This document shows, in pieces, positions 1 to 12,023 of a stretch of 64,000 nucleotides of DNA. The position numbers and the translations under genes are program-made. The stretch is taken from positions 101,337 through 165,336 of the forward strand of contig BDGG01000010.1 in NCBI GenBank assembly GCA_001949185.1. Direction: 5' to 3'. Every line of letters begins with the position of its first letter. The stretch's first letter is position 1. The notes beneath the pieces are model-generated. The model was not told where the DNA came from. It saw nothing but the letters and a program-made list of their open reading frames with translations, and searched no databases. Source of the stretch: Ramazzottius varieornatus (taxonomy: Eukaryota > Animalia > Tardigrada).

Positions 1-2059
1 GTGGCGCCACCTCCAAACGCACAGGTGAAAATCTGTTTGACATATTATATTCCTACTCAAAGTTACCTTCGCGTGTAGCTTTGCTCGGATGGTACTATCC
101 GAAGTAGGGGTTGTCGGTGGAAGACTGCCGGTTGCCTTGTTAGAAGCTCTGGCTCTGCTGCGAGCTGCTTCGTAAAGCTTTACGAGGGTCTTGAGCTGCC
201 CGCGATGCTTTGCGCGTTGTTCTTCGTCGTTGTATTCCCCATCTTTGATGGAAGGGTCCAGCATGCGCGCAGCTGCAGGAAATGCAAACTCACCTTCAGC
301 AGTCCATTCATCCACGACGATCTCTTCGAGCTTTCCTAACATTTTGGTTGCCAACGCAGATATCCATTCAGGCTAGGACAAGATCGGAAAACAACCGAAT
401 TAAATATTCAAACGAGCATGTTTACTGAAGTATACGAAGATGTGTCTGCACACTAAGACCGAAAATTCAGAATGTAATCTGATTACCTTCAGTTCGTCCC
501 GGGTGATTTCTCTCAAATGGCACCGTAGATACAGAAGCTGAGAAAGACCCAGATGGAACGTTCGAGTTTGCAACAAATGAGAAGGATTAATATACATTTG
601 ACATCATAACCGCACAAAATTTTTCTCGACAGTAACGTTTTACTCGTACCAGAGGCGAAATTCAGTACTATTGCGAATATTCTTCCAGAAGGTGGCCGTA
701 CCTTATAAGCGGAACATTCGACAATAACTTGTTCGAGTGGCTTCAGAAGCTGAACCATGTCATCAGTCTCCATCCACTCTTCATCAGTCAGCTTCTGCTT
801 GATGATGTCACCCTTCTTGGTTGAAATATAGTTCGTGATGCTTTCTCGCTGCTCAAATGCAGCCTCAATCATGTTAAGGACGCTATTCCATCGTGTGCAG
901 ACATCGAGCGGAAGGCACAGGTTACTTCTTTCGGCGAACTTGAGGTACTCTTCGTCTATCGTCGGTCTGTGGATGAACGATACTAACGATCGAACTTTGT
1001 CGACTATGTCTGCCTTCTCTCCTGTAGCGACTCTCGCAACAGTCTCGACCAAGTGAGCAACACACCAAATCCGGAATGACGGCACTAAAAAGAAAAAGCA
1101 ACTAAAACGTAAATACGTACTCTGCAAAAAATTCATCAGATCACTTCACACTATTAAGTGATGAATTTTACCATTAGCTGAGTTCCTTCCGAAAAGTCGT
1201 CGATCTTTTTCCGTGTCGAGTGACAGTACTCTAAACATAGCTTTCATGGCTGCAGCTCCGTCGGTGGTACAGCAAAGGATCCTGTGCTGTAAGCTGTGCT
1301 CTTTCAGCGTGTCGAGAATGACGGCTTTCATATTGTCTGCCGTGTGGATAACTGGAAGGTAGCGGAAGTCGAGGCCAATGTTCTTCAAAACCCATTCGTT
1401 GTTGATCCAGTGAAGCGTGATCGCCATGTACGACTGTCTTTTCGATCTTGCCTTCCACATGTCACAAGTGATTGAAAATCTACTTGTAACGCTCTTGAGC
1501 TCCGCGATGACAGCTTTGCGACGCTCTGCATAGTCGTTCGCGAGCAGCTTACGCAATGTCTGCCGACATGGTACCTGGGAAAGATTGACAAGGCATGGAA
1601 ACATCTAGAATGAATCTGCAAGTGGTGGCAGGTAGAATAATTAATTACCTTGTGAGCCGGGTTCAGACTTTTGGAATAAGCAACGAAGTACGGATCTTCA
1701 ACGGTACTGAAAGGCTTAGCTGAGCACGCAATCCACTTCTTCAGCAGCCCCGTCGCCTCTGCTTGCTTCTGCGTCGATATCTTTGAGACCTCCGCACTCG
1801 TCTGCTGACACCATGCCGGAATGGGTGGCTTAGGTTTAGGCTTGAGCTGTAAGGGGTGCTTGGACATGTTTGCTGTGAGAGTAGATGTCCCAGACGGGTT
1901 TTTATACGTCACTTGGCAGTATTTGCATTTGACCATCTTTACTCCCTTTTCCCAGCTGACGATGTAGTGATCCCATACTGGCGAGGTGGTAGTTTTCGTT
2001 CTCTTTGGCAGTTCAGCTGACGCAGCAGACGTCTCACTCTGAGGGGAGGGAGGCGGCAT
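1..2059 (-). CDS. Intron-containing hAT transposase (3' end runs off window)
   Basis: BED finger (SPVWDHY..VKCKYCQ..MSKH), catalytic FSITCDMW and TTDGAAAM, CxxH (WCVAH), TRWNS and LDP motifs. GT-AG intron at 1575-1648 and further introns downstream. Confidence 0.88.
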
Positions 2060-2336
2060 GCCACTCGAAGAGGCTTCGTCGGCTGGTAGCCCGTTATCGC
2101 TGCTCGTTCCCAGATCTTCAGTTTCATCGTCATCCCTGGCGTCGAATTCCCTGCGGTTCCGGTCATCTTCTTCTTCAGTGGCTTATGTGGTTTGGCGTAG
2201 AGCGCAAACCAGTCTGAGTGGTTTGGTCTGGAAAGCTATGTGGTTTCAGGTGGTCTGGTCTGTCGTCCAAACCACCAACCACTTAAACCGCTTAGACCAT
2301 TTTGAAAATGGTCGGGTCTGGTTTTTAACAGCTCTA
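1..2336 (-). mobile_element. hAT-superfamily DNA transposon (left end outside window), inserted in an intron of the + strand host gene
   Basis: Terminus TAGAGCTGTTA on the - strand ends at 2336. Subterminal GTGGTTT/GGTCTG repeats at 2185-2325. Contains a transposase gene. Confidence 0.85.
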
Positions 2337-2352
2337 GTTGGCTTGTTTTTAG

Positions 2353-4387
2353 GTACGTAGGCGCTGTGGTGGTCGAGACTGATTTATTTAAGGTGGACGT
2401 TAACCAATGTCCGGTTTCGTTGGGAAACCCAGCTCCGAACTGGCATGCTGGTACCGACCGTTGCCACAAGGAAACAACGGAGGTGAGGGTGTTCAATGGC
2501 AGCAAAAAATCCTTGTACGAATTATCGTGCTTCAGTGAACTGAGCGAAAAGGTGTTCTGATATGCCAAGTCTGTTTTTCCAGTGCGAACCGCTGTTAGGC
2601 TATGGACTGAAACGTGGAGGATACCAGTGTCGTTGTCGACCAGGTTACAGACTACCGTTCTACCAGCCAGGACCGTTTCAAGGCGAGCTGATCGAACGAG
2701 CCACCGAAGCGGAATACTTGGCGAAGTTCCACTGCGAACCTATCGGCAGTAAGTATTGTTGCCTTTTGGTATGCAACTGAGTCAGCACACTTTCACAGGG
2801 ACACCGATGACCGAACACGGTCTTTCAAACGGGAAGAAAAAAAGGTTCAACTTCTGTAAACCGTTGTCAGTTTTACTTCACTAATACGATAAATGCTTGT
2901 TGGATGGAGGTAAACGCCCACTGTCATCTGTCTACTTTTTCTAGTAACTGTACATGCAGACGTCAGTTTTCCAACTGGCTCCTCTTTCGTTGGATGTAAC
3001 CGAGTCTGGATGTTTTAGATATCCGCGTGATTACCCATCACGCAGTCAGAGACGAACTCTTCTTGCACCGAAGCTACCTCGGNNNNNNNNNNNNNNNNNN
3101 NNNNNNNNNNNNNNNNNNNNNNNNNNNNNNNNGGCTTGCCCATTTCATCAGCGCCTTCAACCAGCTTGTCGACCCGCGCGAAGTCTTCTTCGAACGACTC
3201 GCTGACCAACCTCTGGACGAAGCTCAGTTGCTGGCCGAAGTCCTGGCCAATGTCATGGGCGATATGCGTATTCTGAACAGCGGGATATTTTATGAAACGA
3301 ACAAGTTCCCCAACAGGACACACTTCGGTAATCCAGGCACAGTTCAGCAGAAATCAATTGGGAGGTCGGCAAATGATTCTACCCAGAACGTTATCCCAAG
3401 TAGCGCATGTCCTCACTGTTACTGGCCGAGAGCGTGCGTCACTTGCGACAACAAACTGGCGAATTTATTGGCCGATTATCTCCTCATATTTTTCTGTATT
3501 CTTTCTCAGGGCCTTTCGCTCAACGGACAGCGCGATATGCCAAGGCTTACTTTGCCGAAGACCGAGCTGGGCTCGTCAACGATCGCAACGCGTCGTATCT
3601 GAGACAGCCGTGGTATAGGATGGTGAAAGAGAGATGGTCCGCGAGCCCGGCTTCCAGACTGACAAAGTTCGCGACGAGGATGCGGGTACGCGGTGACAAG
3701 ATGGGAACGTACTCGATGAAGTACGATCACTTCCCGATGCAGTACCATGCGCCAGTGGCGACCGATGGCTACTGGACCGCGCCTTACTACAATTGTGATG
3801 GACACATCAAGGAATGGGTTTTGACTTACGCTGTGCCGTTCTTTGGACTGGACAGCCTTCGCGAAGAACTTGAATTCCAGTAAGCCTGGTAAATTCTCCC
3901 CATTCAAATTTTTCTCCAGCGAAGTTTGGTATTTTTCAGAGGAGTGGTGACTGTGACAGTTCCTCTTCCGGAACTGGACCTGAATCAGTGTCCGGCTGAC
4001 ATCTCCGTGGCCAACGCCTTTAAGAACTCGGATCAATGTGACCCGCGAAGTTCATACGTAAGTACGGTTTCTCGTTTTTCTCATTTCTGAATGTGCGTCA
4101 CGTTGATAGGCTTTGTCTGGCTACAGTGTGTGCCGATTCTGGGAAGGCGGTTCGAGATTGGCGGGTACAAATGCGAATGCAAGCCCGGCTATGAATATCC
4201 TTACAACGATCCGGTCAATTACTTTGACGGGCAAATCCTGGAGTCGGAATGGGAGAAGATGGTGTTGGGGAGACTCAGTAAGTTCTCTGCGCTCAAATGT
4301 CGTCTGGTCGGCGCCGCACTACGAATTTATTTGGGCTTCTTTATGCGGCTGTTTCTGGTCTTATCGATAGCTAGTATATTTATGTAA
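2353..4387 (+). CDS. 3' part of a GPR158/GPR179-like ectodomain protein (repeated Cache + EGF-like modules), with no 7TM and a hydrophobic C-terminus
   Basis: Exons approx 2353-2482, 2583-2748, 3019-3327 (contains the N gap), 3510-3879, 3940-4057, 4127-4387. Motifs GYWTAPYYNCDG..WVLTYAVPFFG, DLNQC and GGYKCECKPGY; the EGF-like module occurs twice. Confidence 0.8.
3083..3132. other. Assembly gap (50 N)
   Basis: Run of N. Confidence 1.
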
Positions 4388-4594
4388 ATACACTGATATA
4401 TTTGGAATAGTACAACGCCGCCTATTCATAATGGGGAACAGGCAATAAAACGAAGAGCTAACGAAAGACTTTGGCGCTAGGAATTTTTGGTGAGAGAAAC
4501 GGTCGAGGATCGAACAAACTGACGATAAGAGGCCGACAGAAACGTTCCCCGTGTATATCAGAATTCAGTCACAAGTCGTAGCTGTGTCAGTTAT

Positions 4595-5499
4595 CTAGAC
4601 CAGAGCCATGGCTTCCAACAGTTCAGTGTAGACAGGAGATTTTTGATCTTTCAATTCTAACCAGGCCTCGCTTTTCATGACATCCTGGCGTCGGCTGACT
4701 ATGTATCTTTCTGCGTCCGAACGAAGCGTTTCGTCCTTCACCTCCACAGCCAACAGGTAAATCTCCACCGCATTACTTGGAAGTTTTCGGTTTTTCATCA
4801 GGAAGTATGACATATCCATTATATCCTGGACCTGCAAAACAAAAGCAGTTGAGGAAAAATGCAATCAAAGCTCTACGTGACAAAAAGCTAAGCTGATCTA
4901 GATTCAAAGTGTGGGTCTTTAGACCGGAACTCTGGTCAGCGTGACATTACGCTCGGTTAATTGCCATGATACAGCAGTCTTTTCCCATATTTTCGTTTGG
5001 TACGGGGTTGGGTGCAAACAGCACGCCCTGATTGACCTGGACGATCAAATCGAAACTTCCCTTAAGAGTTCGTACGTACCTGGAAATGATGGGCAAGACT
5101 GTAGATATCCGTGCAAAAATGGTGGAACGCGGTGCGACGGTCCTTGATGATGTCACACGACCCAGTGTAAAGTGCGTAGAAGAAGTTCTTCAGAGCGACG
5201 AATGGAAATTGTCGCACGAACTGCACCACTTCCAAAGGGGCGCCATCGACCAACTCGACTTCCGGTGTCTTCCAGGCTTCTGACACAACGGGACTGCGTG
5301 CAACCAGGGGTAGCTTGTGGAGCTTGAAAGCAACACCATCAGAGGAGTGAAGTGTAACGTCAGAAAAGTCCTTCGAACACCACAAGTTGTTCCACATCAG
5401 TCCGGCGTTCTTTTGGCATCGCTGACGCCCGCGCTCCACGTCCGAATCTCCTCCGTCGCACATCTTGCTCGTTCCCGGTGATATGGATCCTCTTGGCAT
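4595..5499 (-). CDS. BTB/POZ-domain protein (SPOP-like BTB plus C-terminal helices, no MATH domain seen)
   Basis: FSDVTLHSSDGVAFKLHKLPLVARSPV, FFYALYTG, NAVEIYLLA. Intron 4832-5079. Start codon uncertain. Confidence 0.85.
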
Positions 5500-6383
5500 G
5501 CTGCCTTTCTTTACACTGCAATATACTAACATCACAATCGCCACTAAATAGTACGCCACACACCAGGGAATCCCAAGCCATCCACTCCAAGGAGAAAAGA
5601 AAAAAATCTGCGGAAAAGATGATGACTTCCGGTGCGTAATTATCAGATCAACTAGCGCGTAGTGTCATTGCTGTGCATGGACTGTGGCCAATCAGAGCAA
5701 ACCGCCAAGATCGCTAGCTGACGAAAACACAGAAAGCATCGAAGAGTTGAGTTAGCACCCAAAGACAAAGTTCATTTATTATTGCTTGCAAGTAAAAGAC
5801 CGGAATGTCAGAGAAAAGTACAAGATAGAGACTGTGCTAAGTTTGTAAAAGCGAAATGCTACACGGTAGAGTGACACTTATACGTAGCCGGAAAGAAACG
5901 AGGGACCGACTTTGAATTCGGTCTATCAAATATGTCTACGTGGTCGCAGCATTGCTGGCATAGCTACGACTACCAGCCATCCCCTGTAAAACATGTAAAA
6001 AATAGAACCAGAGAAAAAAGTATACCGCGAAAGTGAATTAAGATACATCCTCGGGTTGAACACACACCAAAGAACGCTGACGGACCTTCAGAACTGAAAT
6101 GTGCAGAGAAACGAAAGCGGTTTGAATCTAAAGATTGTGTAGCACCGAACGACCCACAGGTAATAGATTATGATCAAAATATCTTTCGATCATGCCGAGC
6201 CGAAATTCCAGTAGTGAGTCGGTGAGCAAACTTCTGGCTCCACGAGCGCGCCCACCTCGAGCTCGGGTAGTAGCCGCACCGCGACCACGTCCGTTGGCGG
6301 TACCGTTGGCTGGTGGCATCTCTTCGTCCGATTCATCAACCTGCAAAAAGAAGAAGGGAAAACCCAAAACAAAAGGTTTTGAA

Positions 6384-6490
6384 AGCTCGGCCACAAAACT
6401 CGATCCGAACGTTTTGTCAAGTGGTGCGCGTATTAGATGATAGCCTGCGCCACTTGGACCAACCTTCCGGCTGAATTTGTCCGCCGAACT
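6384..6490. repeat. Palindromic MITE-like family A copy (MRE11 intron)
   Basis: CAAGTGGTGCGC...TGCGCCACTTG core with CTCGGC...GCCGAA ends. Confidence 0.7.
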
Positions 6491-6657
6491 GTCGGACACC
6501 GACAACGAAGTCAAGAACATTACACACTAAAACCTAGGAGCCTCTATTTTTCCAGAATGAAACATAGCTTTCTGATATTCGTATGCGTCCAAGATGGCCT
6601 CCCTATCCTCCTACATAAACACACTTCCGGTTATAAAACCAATCTGCAAAAGTGTGA

Positions 6658-6850
6658 GATCGGCAAAGAAACTCGACAAGTTCGTTTTCACAAGTGGAGC
6701 ACAACTCCAGTGTTATCAACTGGAAGCGTGCGCCACTTGGGCGAACTGAACGAGATTGTTTTCTCAAATGGCGTTACGATCGCGGAAGTATAAGCCGGAC
6801 AAGTGCGCCACTTCGACAACCACCCTGTCGAGTTTGCTCACTTTGCCCAA
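6658..6850. repeat. Palindromic MITE-like family A copy with two hairpin units (MRE11 intron)
   Basis: Two CAA(G/A)TGG...GTGCGCCACTT units inside TCGGCAAA...TTTGCC ends. Confidence 0.75.
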
Positions 6851-8626
6851 ATAGTGATTCCACACTTACGTTGTTCACAAACTTTCGCAGCGCTTCCGTC
6901 AAGAACTTCGAGTTGAAGACCATCAGCCCGGAATCCGACTTATCGTCGAAGTACTTGACCAGGACATCTTCAATCGTCGCAGTGTCCAGTTCGATCAGCG
7001 GCTTGATTTCCTTCGACACGCCGTTGCTCACTCCACCATGACCATTCATCTGTGCCTTCTCGGCCTTTCTCTTCAGTGGCAGAATGATATCTTTGGGGTT
7101 AGCTACCCTACCGAAGAACTTCTGGCCGAAGAGGATTGGGTTCAACGGTTCAATGTCGCCGAAGTCGACTCTCAGCCGCACCAGTGGTTGCTTGGGCTGA
7201 TTTGGACCTTTGGTCTCTTCCACGCGGCGAATGATACGCTCCATTCGACCGGCCAGGAAGGTCTCGACTTCGAGTCGAATCGTGTCAGTGTTGGCTTCGG
7301 TCTTGGTGAAGCCTGCTTGTTTGAGATCGATCTCTTCTATCACGAAGGGACGAACCGTCCGCAGAGCGATGGGCTCTACGAGGTACCTGCGACCACAGAC
7401 CTTTACAACGTAGCAAAACTTTTGCTTGCCTTCTCCGTCGCTCATCGATGTGGCCACTGAACTACCTGCAAAAATCCATCCATGACACACAAACTGACTT
7501 CTGTTCTGTGATGTGGTGGACAACAACCCTGTCAAGAACCCATCCAAAAAGCCATGCTGTCACACGTCGGCAGGCATGAGGAAACCAGGACACGACGCAA
7601 CAGCCGACACGAAAATCAACGGCCGAACCCTGCTTACACACTGCACCAAACATGGAAAAGCATGACCCACACGCAGTCCTCACGCGGCCAAGCGTGACCG
7701 AAGCACGGCCATCCCGACCGGGTGCACTAAAATCGAAATTCAGAGGATTCTGTTGTTTACCTGGCTGGAGGACTTCAAAGCCTCGTTCCTTGTTATGCTC
7801 AGGCTCGGGAATGGGGTCGTGTTCATGGCCCCAGACGACCAAGTCAAGGAAGGAGTCCAAGAAGGACTCGGGAATGTAGTTGTGGCTGCCACGGTGTGCA
7901 GGCCGGTTCTGATGGAGAACGAAGAGGTTGAACCATTCGTCGGTGGCTTCGCTAGGTCGCTTCATCTGGACACGGTTGTTCAGGTACGCTCGATGAAGTC
8001 GTTCGTCTCGGATGGAACCCAGACCGTACAGAGCCAGCTTTGTGGTGCCTTTCGTGAATAGCAGTGGGTAGATGTCGATATTCTCTGCAAAAGAAACGGC
8101 CGTTGCAATCAGCAATCAAGCGTTATCCCAGTGTTAGAACTGTTCCACTGCGAAAAGCCTCTTCAGTCTTTCAGCCTGCAAACTTACCGATATCGTTGGC
8201 TTTTCCAAAGTAGTTGATCAGGCCGTACGTGTGGAGAAGATCGAGCTCGCTGAGGTATTTGAGACCGCTGGGATCGTCGTGATTGCTGTGAATGGAATAA
8301 ACGGGTAGGTTGATGTTCAAGTCTGGATCCTCTGTGTTGATGCGACGAAACTGCGGCTCGACGTGGGCGAAGTTGACTTCCGGCTCGCTTACCAACTGGA
8401 ACTTGACTTGACCATCTCCCATGCAGTAGGAACGGAGCAGACTCGCGCATTGCTGCAAAAGAAACAGGAACACAAGAAAATCAGAGCTGGTAAGCATCCA
8501 AGTCAAGCAGAGCGCGACGTACCTTAACCGGCTTCTTTTTCGTCTTTTGGTCAGCCGCACCGACGGTGTTAAGTTAGAGTCGGCGGGTAAGGCTTTGCCA
8601 GTTTCTGCCTGTGAAAACCGTCGGGT

Positions 8627-9346
8627 TCAGCTCATGTCACTTGGGGCGACGCGCTGTTTTCTGTCTTGGAAGAAGGATTTGTAACAGACGACAGGATACG
8701 TCAACAGAACGACGCAGATCGGCGTGTCGAACAGGAAAAGCTGGGTGATCGGATACCAGATACCCATAGCATCTGTGTCCACGTCGCACTTGAGAGTACC
8801 ATTGATTTTTCCCGGCACCAGAACGGAAGTTACAATTGCGACCGGAATGTTGGTGACATTCAGAACAAGCCAAGTGGTAGAGCAGAGCACGATGGCTAGT
8901 TTCGTTGAGTGGTGATTCCGGTAGGAGATCGGAAACACGATAGCCCACAGACGATACAGTGCAATGAGGAAGTGTGCCTTGATGACCAAATTCTCGCAGG
9001 TAAAAGCCGTGTGGCCGGCGAACAAGCACGCTTTGTAACCTATTGCCCAAGTAGAAGCGTACTTGTCAATCAAGTTTAGCGGACCGAAGGCGAAAACCAA
9101 GATTGTGTCAATAATCAGCAAGTTCATGAGGTACACTCCGAAAGAGTTGCGCAGTGTGGGTCGTCTGATGAATGTGACCAGCAGGCTTACGTTGAGAATC
9201 CCACCGACTACCAAGGCAAAGTAAGCGACTCCGGAAGGTAATGCCCAGCTCCCTTGCTGTGAAGTCCCATTTGCGGTACTGATTTCGTTGAGCTGCGATG
9301 TAATGTTGAGTGACTGAGCACACCATGTGGTGCTCGTAGAAGACAT
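8627..9346 (-). pseudogene. Truncated class A GPCR (TM1-TM5 only), paralog of the 18997-20088 gene
   Basis: LRNSFGVYLMNLLIID, HFLIALYRLWAIVFP and YPVVCYKSFF match the intact paralog. TGA follows TM5 and no recognisable TM6/TM7 follows. Confidence 0.8.
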
Positions 9347-10438
9347 CCAGATGGATGCACAGGACGAGATTGCTAAAGGCTGAAAAATGTTGACGACCAC
9401 AGTCTGCCGTCCCACAGTGGTCGGCGATCTTCCACAAGCTCAACAGAACAAGTGGCAGATGTGTCGCAGTGGGTCCTCCTCTTATTCAGAACTACGACCT
9501 TCTGGACGGATCATGCTGAATGTGATCAAGTACACAGTGTTTTGTCAATAATTAGAGTAGTACATGCGGTAACGTGTTTTTTTCTTTCGACTGTTGGCTT
9601 TAGCCGGATGATTTACAAACATGGCAGCTGCGCCACTGGTGTGTTACTTTCTTCCAGAGATTCTGTGCAACCTGTACAAAGGTTGGCGAGCTCCTGACGC
9701 GCCAAACAATTAGACCCAAGCAAGAAGAATAAGAAGAAAGGCCTGCTGTCTGTAATCCAGCGCTGCTGGTAGCACTAGAAGTCATGTAAAGACAAAAGCC
9801 TGTATGACTACGGGAACTGATATGACTGATCATCTTCCAAGAAATAATGCAGGACCTACTCGGAACGTTTCTGTAAACCGGCAGCATTCTGTTTTGTGAT
9901 CGGATGTTCAAGGCAGAAAAAAGTAAGTCTGAATGGTCTACTGCGTAACGAAGCAAGCTAGGGTGATGGACTGATGGTTATCGTTGAGTATATAACCTGT
10001 ATGACTTTGGGCTGACGTGAGTAGAGCCGAATCAAATCAAAAAGCGGATACTGAAGCGGACACTGAAACAACCGGAAGGTGAAGTTTAGGTTACGCTCTC
10101 CGCACAATTTGATTTGATGTGCGGAGGACCCGTCCAGGGGTGTCACCTGCCTACGTGTCACATGGGTGTTTCTCAAAGGCAGCGTACCATCTTTGAAGAA
10201 TAGTACATGTAACGAAGCTCCGTTCGCCGTTCTCGAGCGTACGCCGCAAGCATTGGTGCTTGCAACTGGCGTGCCAAAAGATCCGCTTAGTCATAGTACC
10301 GTTTGTCGCAGAGGAAAGCTGTCGGTCTGTGGTGGGGAGGGGGGGGGGGCTCTTAAGTTCGATCGTTCTGGAACCAGTTTTTGCTATCTACCAAAGTGAA
10401 CCAAACAACTGGACTTCACATAAACCAATAGTGAGTAC

Positions 10439-10855
10439 TAAGCTCTGTTTCATCTGCCGGTGCGTAGTACTTTTGGTACCCTGGCCGCGCCATCGTTCAT
10501 CTTTCCCACAATCTGAAACGGCCATAATTTTTGTTTAGCTCGTGGGGACCGAATGGCCGTTACAGAAAGTTGAGATCAGCTCTTGGTCATCCCGCTACCG
10601 GGGAAGATCAGCTGATAGGATCTCTAATACCCATAATGTACGGCCCTGTACGGAGTCGTACGCGTGAATCAGTCCCGGGTAGCGAGAACGCGGCAGTCGA
10701 GCTAATCAGCGATCAGCCGTCAATCTGTCGAATGTGGCCACACCGGATCCGGATGATCAAGTAACCAACGGGACATCAGCATTACCGTTTCCGGTGTATC
10801 ACGTAAATGTTCGGCTGATTGATAGCTGATCGCTGATTAGCCCGACTGCAGCATT
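10439..10855. mobile_element. Partial copy of MITE family B
   Basis: Starts TAAGCTCTGTTTCATCT and shares GATCAGCTCTTGGTCATCCCGCTAC..GAAGATCA with the element at 59791-60375. Internal inverted repeat 10693-10850. Confidence 0.75.
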
Positions 10856-12023
10856 TTGTGACTTAACTAGTGTAGGATAGCAGACCATCCACGAATTAGA
10901 TTATATGTGAATGGATTTTCGGCATTTTTCGCTGACAAATATTGGAGCCCCACCCATTCCGGCTGTTGACGTATTCAGTCAAGACGTTGATCTTGTGTCT
11001 CCGCCTCCATTGCTGCTCGGTTTAGCGGCTCGTCAGTGGCCGCAAGTGGAGTAAACGATTGCAGTATGTACCGATTCAGATTTCTGACGTCATTAAACTT
11101 AAATTTGACTTTGGCATATAGTCATAGACTGTACACGCACGATGGTCAATTATGAGACAGGCGGAAAGGATGGCCAAATGGAAAATCGACCGTACAAAAG
11201 TGTCGAAAAGTGTATCTAAGACGAAAGTGTAGCCAGACAAGTAGATGGGAATTTTTTGAAGTTGTCTCAAAATGTGGAAAACTTGCCGATTTTCGCGAAC
11301 CCAGCTTTTGCGAAAAGGCTTGCCCCCTCAAGTTTCACCAAGTCTGTCCAAAAGCGTTTCGAACTCAGATGTAACAATGGTTTGGGTTCTCGTGCACGAT
11401 TTTATGTGCCGGAAAAAAATGTCAGACTATTTCGAGAAACCTTGTTTTCAGGCGAGCACGCTGAACTTTGTTTCAGTTTTGCTACAGTAGCTGTATCAGT
11501 CAATCAACAAGCGGTACAGAAGAGAACTGTATTTTTCCGGAAGCCAGACTACCGTTGAACAATTTGCAACCAGTAGTTCTAGTCCACAAAGGCAGAGATT
11601 TGAGATGGGTTTTTTCCGAAAAGAGAACAGTAAAATTTAGAGTCGGAGCAGCTACGCGGTTGGACCTCGATATTAGGGAACACGCTTTCTGCAGAGGGCA
11701 CAACAGGCCGGGAGAAGTAAACCACATATGTGCCCGACCGAGCAGAATCACACATTTCTGAATGTGTGCCCAAGGTTAATCATAATGTCACACGACCGTT
11801 TTTCACTGAAATCGGAACGGCTGAAAACTTTGTACGCTTCCGAGCGGAAACGTATTGTTTACGCAATCCTCAGATGGAATTTTCGCGCTGAAAAGTTATC
11901 CCTGTTCTCCTTCTTCTGTCACGTCCAAGGTTTACCTCGTCTTCATGATGGCTGGAAACTGTTCTTCAATGACTTCAATGACTTCCGAAGGCTACCTTTC
12001 TCGCTCCTGCTCCCCTGCGATCC

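Larger units (their letters stand above)
6230..8452 (-). pseudogene. MRE11: MRE11 paralog, 5'-truncated (motifs I-II absent), probably pseudogene or partial duplicate
   Basis: Exons encode LLRSYCMGD, SIHSNHDD, LALYGLGSIRDERL, FNLFVLHQNR, WGHEH, QPGSSVATS, PLVRLRVD, FFGRVANPKD, EDREAILDAYEYQK and a GAR (RGRG) motif. The 3' end below about 6230 is uncertain. Confidence 0.85.

Noticed and set aside
8627-8629. Programmed readthrough or selenocysteine at the GPCR TGA
   Set aside because: Context is TGA-ACC, not the leaky TGA-CTA type, and no SECIS was recognised; a nonsense mutation is more likely.
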